Part shown: positions 9,350-16,997 of the stretch, piece after piece
How positions within the stretch are numbered: the stretch's first letter is position 1
Layout of the letters: each line of letters starts with the position of its first letter
Assembly (NCBI GenBank): GCA_963800585.1
Contig: CAWDBP010000014.1
Span: forward strand, 116,413-180,412
DNA length: 64,000 nt
Direction of reading: 5' to 3'
Source: an uncultured Bacteroidales bacterium
Lineage (GTDB): Bacteria > Bacteroidota > Bacteroidia > Bacteroidales > FEN-979
Position numbers and translations under genes: made by a program
Notes under the pieces: model-generated
The model's database searches: none
Seen by the model: the letters and a program-made list of their open reading frames with translations, nothing else
Told to the model about the DNA's origin: nothing

Positions 9350-11566
9350 TCACCTCACCAGCACCACCGTCCCATGCCTCTTGACAGTTACCGGATTTGC
9401 ACTCGACGGCACCACCTCCTGGTAGGTGATCATCCATGCATACGTCCCCGCCGGTGCCGGCCTGCCCTGCAGTTGCCCATTCCACCCGCTATGAAAGTCG
9501 GTCGTTTGAAAAACAAGCGCTCCCCACCGGTCATAGATAAGCATGGAAAAGCCGCTGACATTATCCGCAGTGCTGACAACCCTGAAGGAATCGTTCTCCC
9601 CGTCACCATTGGGAGAAAATGCAGTGGGGACAAATATTGTCGAATCACAGCTTTTTAATTCCACCGAATCGCTCCCTGTGCAAGCATGAACATCCGTCAC
9701 CGTCACCCGGTATATCCCCACATTGGTTGCAGTATAATACCGTCCGGTGCTGCCATCCTGCCACAGGTAAGAAGCAAAACCGGCCCCGGCATCCAGCTGA
9801 ATGGGATCGCCGGCACACAGAAATGGCTTATCCGTGAGGTTGACAACCGGAGGAGCGTAAACAAAAAGTGTCACGGGTAAAGATTCAACCGGGTTTTGAA
9901 CGGCACAGGTCACCGAGGAGTTTAACTGGCATTTGACGACATACCCCTCGGTGAGGCTGTTTGTAATATATACGGGTGAACTCCCCGATTGCACCGGGTT
10001 TCCGTCTTCAGTCCAGGTAAACACAGGTGAAGCGCCTTCATCGGTGGGATGTGCCGTAAACGTCACGACGGTCCCCGGGCAGAATGCCGTATCATCGGCC
10101 GTAATAGTCACACTTACCGTAACGGATGGAGTCACACTCACCGTCACGTCGGCACAGGTTGATACCCCGCAGTTATTTTCCCAGGCAGCATAATACGTGG
10201 TCGTAGTTGTGGGTGATGGGATCGTCAGGCTGTTTGTTGGCCCCGAACCGGCACCAACAAATGTCCCTCCGCAACTTCCGGTATACCAGTTCAGGGTGGC
10301 GCCTGAGCCTCCCGTTGCCGAAAGCGTAATGTTACCGGTATCGCTGGAACAAACAGTTTCATGATCACTGGTTGCAGATACCGGTGCTACGGGTAATACG
10401 CCGGAAACATGCGTAGCCGCAAAGGATGTTTCATTGTAAGCGCTTCCCCGGGCCCGGTTATAATTATTTCCAAAATCATAATCTTGAACATAACGATAAG
10501 CAAAAATTTCATAATAAAGTCCTGAGGGACAGGGAACAGATACCGTGTCGACATAGGTCAGGGTTAATGAATATTTAATAGTTGCGACAACAACCGATCC
10601 TCCGATCATATCCCCCGGAAGATAAGAAACACCGTCCGCAGGCACGCCAAAAACATTGACGGTGTTCCGCAAAATGAGATACCCCTCCGTCTGGTCGGAA
10701 GGATAAACATCAATCATGGCATTCCAGTTCAACGTTACGGGATCGTCAGCCGCAGTGACCGATCCGCTTACAGTCGGATTGTTCCAGGTAGGTTTTCGTA
10801 AACTTCTCCAGTAATCGGAATTTGCGGTGGCCGATGCCGAACATTTATTGGGTAAGCCTAAAGTCACTTGGGTCCCGCCGCCGGCGGAAGACCACGTTGA
10901 ACCATCCTGGGGAGCAAGATTGCCGTATTCATCAAGGTTTGCGCCCGGACAAACACTCACCGCCTCACCCGTGTCAACACTGCTGTTATAATTAAGCTTC
11001 GGCAGCGGAAGCTCATTGAACAAAGACCCCGGAACAGCCCCATGCCCCAGGGCATGAACAAAATTGCCGGAGGCATCCTGGAGAACCAAAAGACCACCGG
11101 TGGGATCAAAATTCAGCGTAGGCCCGTTCAAACCCGGTAGCGTACCGAATGAACCACCGGTAAATACAGGAAATAAAGCAATATCGTTAGCCGACTCCTC
11201 GATATATCCGCATCCTTTGGCTTCAGTTATCGAATGATTGCAGCACCGGGAATCAATAAGAATGATGGTCCCTGCCCGCATATGATTCCAGAAAACAGGA
11301 TCGCTGAATATAATGGCAGGCTCCCAGGCAGTTTGCGTAGCATTGGTATTCTGAAGCTTCCAGTTAACCATATTGGTGTTATCCTGCACCACAAGCAATT
11401 CCGTCCACTCATCCAGCGGCGAAGCCCCGACATAATAACCGCTGATCACCACAGCCGGCGTCTGCGGGAAAGCAGCCCCCACCCCGAAAAAGAAAAAGAG
11501 TAGAAAGAAAATAGCAAAGTTCTTCACGTTCACCCGGTATATAAATACCCGTTTATGTCGCAGCAT
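9350..11566 (-). CDS. large secreted protein with T9SS type B (gliding-motility-associated) C-terminal sorting domain
   Basis: The C-terminus (FVPTAFSPNGDGENDSFRV...YDRWGALVF...WNG...AGTYAW...GTVVLVR) matches the type B CTD. Ig-like Cys-containing repeats lie upstream. The start is set at MLRHKRVF...FFLLFFFFGVGAAFPQ (signal peptide), and a GTG at 11527 is an alternative. The listed ORF start at 11689 lies in repeat DNA. Confidence 0.8.
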   Translation of the reverse strand: MLRHKRVFIYRVNVKNFAIFFLLFFFFGVGAAFPQTPAVVISGYYVGASPLDEWTELLVVQDNTNMVNWKLQNTNATQTAWEPAIIFSDPVFWNHMRAGTIILIDSRCCNHSITEAKGCGYIEESANDIALFPVFTGGSFGTLPGLNGPTLNFDPTGGLLVLQDASGNFVHALGHGAVPGSLFNELPLPKLNYNSSVDTGEAVSVCPGANLDEYGNLAPQDGSTWSSAGGGTQVTLGLPNKCSASATANSDYWRSLRKPTWNNPTVSGSVTAADDPVTLNWNAMIDVYPSDQTEGYLILRNTVNVFGVPADGVSYLPGDMIGGSVVVATIKYSLTLTYVDTVSVPCPSGLYYEIFAYRYVQDYDFGNNYNRARGSAYNETSFAATHVSGVLPVAPVSATSDHETVCSSDTGNITLSATGGSGATLNWYTGSCGGTFVGAGSGPTNSLTIPSPTTTTTYYAAWENNCGVSTCADVTVSVTPSVTVSVTITADDTAFCPGTVVTFTAHPTDEGASPVFTWTEDGNPVQSGSSPVYITNSLTEGYVVKCQLNSSVTCAVQNPVESLPVTLFVYAPPVVNLTDKPFLCAGDPIQLDAGAGFASYLWQDGSTGRYYTATNVGIYRVTVTDVHACTGSDSVELKSCDSTIFVPTAFSPNGDGENDSFRVVSTADNVSGFSMLIYDRWGALVFQTTDFHSGWNGQLQGRPAPAGTYAWMITYQEVVPSSANPVTVKRHGTVVLVR

Positions 11567-11645
11567 AAAGATTGATAGTGACAAAGCTAACAAGATTCCA
11601 AAACATAACCGGTAAATTCCCCCATAAAAATCCCCTGCATCCATT

Positions 11646-11746
11646 TCACAACATGCCCTCCACCCTCTTGCCCTCTGCCCTCCATTCACCTCTCACTACT
11701 CACCTCTCACTAGTTCACCACCTCACCACGTCACTAGTTCACCACA
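11646..11746 (-). repeat. composite repeat: TCACAACATGCCCTC + CT-rich tract + TCACC array (array C, 8 units of 7-8 nt)
   Basis: Same head and architecture as 9196-9292, in direct orientation. The units are tcacctc tcactac tcacctc tcactagt tcaccacc tcaccacg tcactagt tcaccaca. Confidence 0.9.
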
Positions 11747-11753
11747 TTTTTCT

Positions 11754-11761
11754 TACATTTG
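11754..11761 (+). promoter_or_regulatory. candidate -7 box (TAnnTTTG) for prolyl oligopeptidase
   Basis: TACATTTG, 21 nt upstream of the ATG at 11783. Confidence 0.5.
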
Positions 11762-11782
11762 CCTCCTTAAAAACCCAATCCC

Positions 11783-13906
11783 ATGAAAACCCCCTTCACC
11801 TTATTGATGATCCCTATCGCAATGATGAGCTGCAACCAAACCACAACAAAGCGTATAAACTACCCTGTGACCAAAAAGGTCGTGCAGGTAGATGATTATT
11901 TTGGAACAAAAGTAAGCGACCCTTACCGCTGGCTGGAAAACGACACTTCGGCCGAAACAAAGGCCTGGGCAAGAACCGAGCAGGATTTCACCGAGGCTTA
12001 CCTCTCAAAGATCCCCTTCAGGGATAAGATCATGAAACGCTATAAGGAAATATTGAACTACCCCAAGTACTTCGGTGCATTCAAGGCCGGCGATTACATC
12101 TTCTTCTCAAAGAATGACGGACTGCAGAACCAGTCGGTCTATTATTTCCGTAAAGGCCTCACCGGCGAAGACAAGGTATTCCTCGATCCAAACAAGCTCT
12201 CCAAAGATGGTTCCGTATCCGTCGGATTCGACGGCTTCTCAAATGACAAGAAATACCTGGCCTGGCATATTAACAACGGCGGAAGCGACTGGCAGACCAT
12301 TTATGTGACGGAAATTGCAACGCAAAAACAACTGGGAGATAAGCTGGAATGGATAAAATTTGGCGGCATCGCATGGAAAGGCAACGGATTTTATTACAGC
12401 CGCTACAATAAGCCCCCGAAGGGAATGGAGCTTTCCATGAAGAATGAAAATCAGAAGATATATTACCACAAGCTCGGCGACAGGCAGGAACAGGATCAAC
12501 TGGTTTATGAGGACAAGGCACACCCCCGGATGTTCAACGGTGTACAGGTAACGGAAGATGAACGGTATTTGCTGATCAGCAAATCTACCGGAACCGATGG
12601 CACGGAGATCTGGTACAAAAACCTGGCCAACGGGCAGAAGGATTTCAGGCTTCTCTTCCCCGGGTTTGAATTCAACTATGGTGTGATAGATAATGTTGGC
12701 GACAAATTCCTGGTGAACACCAATAATGGTGCCGGCAATTACCGGGTGATCCTCGTCGATCCCCTCCATCCCGAAAAGCAGAACTGGAAAGACATTGTTC
12801 CGGAAAAGCCCGAGAAACTGGAATCTTCCAACATGGTCGGTGGAAAACTCTTCGTGGGTTACCTGAAAGATGCTTCCACAAAGATCTACCAGTACAGCCC
12901 GGATGGCAGGCTCGATCATGAAGTGGCCCTTCCATCCATCGGTTCGGCATCGGCAATCGGAGGATACAAGGACGACACCTATGCATTCTACGACTTCTCC
13001 TCCTTCACCTATCCCCCTTCAGTCTTCCGTTATGATATTGCAACCGGTAAGTCGGAGATCTTTAAAAAAGCCGAGATCAAGGTCAACATCGACGATTTTG
13101 AGACCGAACAGGTATTCTATCCCAGCAAGGACGGAACGAAGATCCCTATGTTCCTGGTCCACAAAAAAGGCCTTAAGCTCGACGGCTCCCACCCCACCCT
13201 CCTCTATGCCTATGGCGGATTTAATGTCAGCTCTACCCCATACTTCAGCAATTCCAAGATCATCTTGTATGAGAACGATGGCATCTACGCCCTGGCCAAC
13301 ATCCGCGGAGGCGGGGAATATGGCGAGAAATGGCACAAGGCAGGAGAGCTGCTGAACAAGCAAAACTGCTTTGATGATTTTATCGCTGCCGCTGAATACC
13401 TCATCGACAAGAAATATACCAGCAAAGACAAGCTGGCCATAAACGGTGGCTCTAACGGCGGCCTGCTCATCGGCGCAGTCGAGACCCAGCGCCCCGACCT
13501 CTTCAAAGTCTGCTTCCCCGAAGTCGGCGTCATGGACATGCTCCGATTCCAGAAGTTTACCGTCGGATGGGGCTGGACCCGCGAATACGGATCGGCCGAC
13601 AGCGCTAAATATTTCCCCTACCTCTACAAATACTCACCCCTGCATAACATAAAAGACAGCATCGAATACCCCGCAACCTTCATCTTAACTGCGGATCATG
13701 ACGACCGCGTAGTCCCGGCCCACTCCTTCAAATTTGCCGCCACCATGCAGGAAAAACAAAAAGGCCCCAACCCCATCCTCATCCGCATAGAAATAAATCA
13801 GGGCCATGGCGCTTCGGGTTCGTCCCTGTCGCAGATCATCAAATCCGAAACCGACAAATGGGCCTTCATGTTCTACACCATGGGCATCACACCAACATAC
13901 AAATGA
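11783..13906 (+). CDS. prolyl oligopeptidase (S9A family serine peptidase)
   Basis: Intact 707-aa ORF. The N-terminus (YPVTKKV..VDDYFGTKVSDPYRWLEND) is typical of the beta-propeller start. The catalytic domain has GGSNGGLL (Ser) and ADHDDRVVP (Asp), plus a HGAS region. Confidence 0.95.
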   Translation: MKTPFTLLMIPIAMMSCNQTTTKRINYPVTKKVVQVDDYFGTKVSDPYRWLENDTSAETKAWARTEQDFTEAYLSKIPFRDKIMKRYKEILNYPKYFGAFKAGDYIFFSKNDGLQNQSVYYFRKGLTGEDKVFLDPNKLSKDGSVSVGFDGFSNDKKYLAWHINNGGSDWQTIYVTEIATQKQLGDKLEWIKFGGIAWKGNGFYYSRYNKPPKGMELSMKNENQKIYYHKLGDRQEQDQLVYEDKAHPRMFNGVQVTEDERYLLISKSTGTDGTEIWYKNLANGQKDFRLLFPGFEFNYGVIDNVGDKFLVNTNNGAGNYRVILVDPLHPEKQNWKDIVPEKPEKLESSNMVGGKLFVGYLKDASTKIYQYSPDGRLDHEVALPSIGSASAIGGYKDDTYAFYDFSSFTYPPSVFRYDIATGKSEIFKKAEIKVNIDDFETEQVFYPSKDGTKIPMFLVHKKGLKLDGSHPTLLYAYGGFNVSSTPYFSNSKIILYENDGIYALANIRGGGEYGEKWHKAGELLNKQNCFDDFIAAAEYLIDKKYTSKDKLAINGGSNGGLLIGAVETQRPDLFKVCFPEVGVMDMLRFQKFTVGWGWTREYGSADSAKYFPYLYKYSPLHNIKDSIEYPATFILTADHDDRVVPAHSFKFAATMQEKQKGPNPILIRIEINQGHGASGSSLSQIIKSETDKWAFMFYTMGITPTYK

Positions 13907-13971
13907 CGTGGTGAACTGGTGACGTGGTAAACTGGTGACGTGGTGAACTGGTGACGTGGTGAACTGGTGAG
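13904..13971 (+). repeat. 8-nt-period array, GGTGA orientation on plus strand (array D, 8.5 units)
   Basis: tgacgtgg tgaactgg tgacgtgg taaactgg tgacgtgg tgaactgg tgacgtgg tgaactgg tgag. The first TGA is the prolyl oligopeptidase stop codon. Confidence 0.95.
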
Positions 13972-14215
13972 TTCTTGTATTATGAATTACCCTGTAAATA
14001 ATTGAACCCTCAGGGGGCTTAGTTAATTCCAATTGCCGTGCAATTTGCACGCCAACTATAATTATATTACTACTGATATTTAACAAGATAAGAATAATAT
14101 CCTCCATATTTATAGCGGTTTCCCGTAAATAACCATTGTGGTTTTCCGCTATTGTCAGAAAAACTATACCTGGCCCGGTCTTTCTTCACTTGGTTTGTTA
14201 ACCAACTTAAAATAC

Positions 14216-14334
14216 TCACCACCTCACCAGTTCACTAGTTCACCACCTCACCAGTTCACTAGTTCACCACGTCACCAGTTCACTAGTTCACCACGTCACC
14301 ACTCACCAGTTCACCACGTCACTAGTTCACCACC
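14216..14334 (-). repeat. 8-nt-period array, TCACC on plus strand (array E, 15 units, with 24-nt higher-order repeat)
   Basis: (tcaccacc tcaccagt tcactagt) x2, then tcaccacg tcaccagt tcactagt tcaccacg tcaccac tcaccagt tcaccacg tcactagt tcaccacc. It is inverted relative to array D. Confidence 0.95.
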
Positions 14335-14408
14335 TTCTTTCTGTCGATATTCCATGCCGATTCGTCGAAAATATCCCCCCTCCATTGCAAAAATATCCCC
14401 ACGAATAC

Positions 14409-14416
14409 TACCTTTG
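14409..14416 (+). promoter_or_regulatory. candidate -7 box (TAnnTTTG) for the efflux operon
   Basis: TACCTTTG, 26 nt upstream of the ATG at 14443. Confidence 0.5.
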
Positions 14417-14442
14417 TGCCCTGTTTTGAATAATCAGACCAC

Positions 14443-15814
14443 ATGCCGACAAATGAACTCGTATCTAAAGGCTACAGGATAATCCTGGCAGGTTTACTAT
14501 TTCTTTCCATTTCCAATAGTTCGCCGGGACAGGCAACCCGCGATACCCTCCCTTCCAAAGTCACATTGTCACAGTGCATTGCCTATGCCCTGGCACACCA
14601 GGCTTTGGTTAAACAGTCCATGCTCAATGAAGACATTACAAAAAGAAATATAAGAATTGCCTTGTCGGGCTGGTACCCCCAACTCGAATTTGATGCCGGT
14701 TTGCAGGATTATCTGCAGGCACCGATTGCCTATTATCCGAATGTGTTAAATCCTTCTTCCCCCATCCCTTATCAATCAACATCGAATTATGTTTCTCCGG
14801 CCATATTTTCCGCCAGCCAGACGCTGTACAGCACCAGTTTGCTGTTTGCTGCCAGAACTTCCAGACAACTGAAAAATCAGGCTTCGGAGAATACGGAAAA
14901 TACGAAGATCAATACTTACGTCGATGTGACTAAGGCCTTTTTCGATGTTTTATTGACGGAGCAGGAGCTCAATGTGCTGGATGAAGATATCGTCCGCCTG
15001 CAGCGCAATTACAAGGATGCCTACAGTCTATACCAGACTGGCCTGACCGACAAAATTGACTACCAGCGTACTGAGATTGCCCTCAGCAATGCCCAGGCAC
15101 AAAGACGAACGGCCGGGAATCGCTGAAAGCCAAGTATTCTGTGTTGAAACAACTGATGGGAGTGGTCCCTGAAAAGCAGCTCACGGTTTCCTATGATTCT
15201 TCAAGATATGAAAGTGAAATATTATACGATACGGCAAAAAACCTGGATTACAGCCAAACGTGTCGAATACAGGCAGATGCAGACTTCCCTGAACCTCCAG
15301 AACGCTGAGATCGGCTATTACCGGTGGTCGTTCATTCCCACCCTATCTGCTTATTATGACTATGAGCCGACGTTGCAGAATGACCAGTTCGCTGATCTGT
15401 ACAATAACATACTATCCAACCCAGGTGATCGGGTTGAAACTAACAATTCCACTGTTCCAGGGATTGAACAGGCTCGAGAACCTGAGCAAGGCGAAGCTCC
15501 AGTACAAGCAGACTCCAGCTTGGAATGGAGTACCTGAAAAGCGAGATCAGCAGTGAATATACCCACGCTCTTACGCGGCGTATGTGAGCAACCTGAATGA
15601 ACTGAGGATCGCGAAAAGAAATATCGGGATTGCAAAGGATATCTTTAACACGGTGAAGTTCCAGTATGATAAAGGGATCAAGGCATACCTCGAAGTCATA
15701 GTATCTGAAACTGACCTGCGAACTGCTGAACTTAATTATCTCAATGTGCTTTTCCGGGTCCTTTCCAGCAAGATGGACCTCGAAAAAGCGTTAGGAGATA
15801 TAAAAATCAATTGA
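14443..15814 (+). pseudogene. TolC-family outer membrane efflux protein (two frame breaks)
   Basis: ORFs 14443-15126, 15193-15537 and 15584-15814 join into one TolC-like protein (TLSQCIAYALAHQALVKQS..., ...LEVIVSETDLRTAELNYLNVLFRVLSSKMDLEKALG). Confidence 0.85.
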
Positions 15815-15816
15815 AT

Positions 15817-16939
15817 ATGAATAAGACAGTTCACTTTATGCTATTTGTTTCACTGGCAGGATTGCTGTCTGCACCGGAAATTCAGCAAAAAAAGCGGATG
15901 CGCCTCCCGTACCCGTGACGGTCGCCACTGTTAGTGAATCAAAAGCAATATTCTACAATTCCTATCCCGCAAACATAATGGCACTGAAGGAGGTGGAGCT
16001 GCGCGGACAGGTGAGCGGGTATATAACGGGAATATTTTTCACCGAAGGGAAAAGGGTCCATGCAGGGGAAAAACTCTATGAGATCGACCGCCGCAAATAC
16101 GAGGCAGCATTCAGGAGGCCCAGTCAAATGTAAAGATCGCCGAAGATAACCTCGAGAAAGCTCAGCGCGATGCCGACCGCTACACCGATCTTTCCGGGCA
16201 GGAAGCCGTCGCAAAGCAGCTATACGACAATGCCATGACCGACCTGAAGACCGCCAAACAGCAGATCGATGCCGCGAACTCAGAACTGGTGAAGACCAAA
16301 ACCGATTATGATTATTCTATGATACTGGCCCCTTTCGATGGTACCATAGGCTTTTCCAGGTTAAGATGGGAGCCCTCGTCACCCCCGGACAGACCCTCCT
16401 CAATACCGTTTCTTCAGATGATACCATGGGGGTCGATTTTGAGATCAGTGAAACTGAACTGGTACGTTTCAAAGCTTGCAAATGAGGTTATTTCAGACAA
16501 TGACACGACTTTCAGGATCATCCTTCCCGATAATTCGAACTATCCCTATCCCGGAAAGTTCAGCGTTATAGACAGGTGCTGTCGACCCGCAAACAGGATC
16601 CGTCAGGGTCAGGATCACCGTACCCAACAAGGAATAGCATTCTCAAACCCGGCATGAGCTGCAAGGTTAACGTGCTGAATACAATTCAGGACAGCAGATC
16701 CTCATCCCGTCAAAGCCGTGATGGAGCAGTTGGGCGAATATTTTGTATTCAGGGTAAAAGATAATACCGCCGAACAGGTAAGGATACTGGTCGGCCCAAG
16801 GGTAAACGCAAATTTCATTCTCCTCAAAGGCCTCGCAGTAGATGAAACAATAGTAGTCGAAGGCACCCAGAAACTCCACGACGGCTCAACGGTCAAGCCC
16901 ATCCAACCTAAACCCCAACCACCACTAAATGACGAATGA
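15817..16939 (+). pseudogene. efflux RND transporter periplasmic adaptor subunit (several frame breaks)
   Basis: The ATG at 15817 gives a lipoprotein-like leader (MNKTVHFMLFVSLAGLLSA). The pieces 15915-16133, 16235-16657 and 16718-16939 carry adaptor motifs (ELRGQVSGYITGIFFTEGKRVHAGEKLYEID, ILAPFDGTIG). Confidence 0.85.
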
Positions 16940-16997
16940 AATGAATCAATCGTAAATCGTAAATACAATTACGTAAATCGTCTAATCTAAAATCGTA
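16940..16997 (+). repeat. TCGTAA(A/T) 7-8 nt repeat tract filling the whole adaptor-to-RND spacer
   Basis: aatgaatcaa tcgtaaa tcgtaaa tacaatta cgtaaa tcgtcta atctaaaa tcgtaATG. It runs from the adaptor TGA to the RND ATG. The motif is related to the CGTAATT heptamer inside purL. Confidence 0.8.

Noticed and set aside
9203-9658. 151-aa plus-strand ORF starting MPSPLLSPRHHITSSLPHQFTTSPHHQFTT
   Set aside because: Its N-terminus is a translation of octamer array B. The rest is antisense to the well-supported 9350-11566 gene. The same ATGCCCTC head recurs at 11654 as part of the repeat element.
13685-14107. 140-aa minus-strand ORF spanning array D and the prolyl oligopeptidase 3' end
   Set aside because: Most of it is antisense to the peptidase or a translation of the array. 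Only about 40 codons fall in unique DNA, and they have no recognisable features.
14138-14482. 114-aa ORF rich in HQFTSSP repeats. ORFs 3560-3751 and 11572-11895 are similar.
   Set aside because: These are pure read-throughs of the TCACC arrays on the strand that lacks stop codons. They have no start context, and the periodicity is that of 8-nt DNA repeats rather than codon-based.
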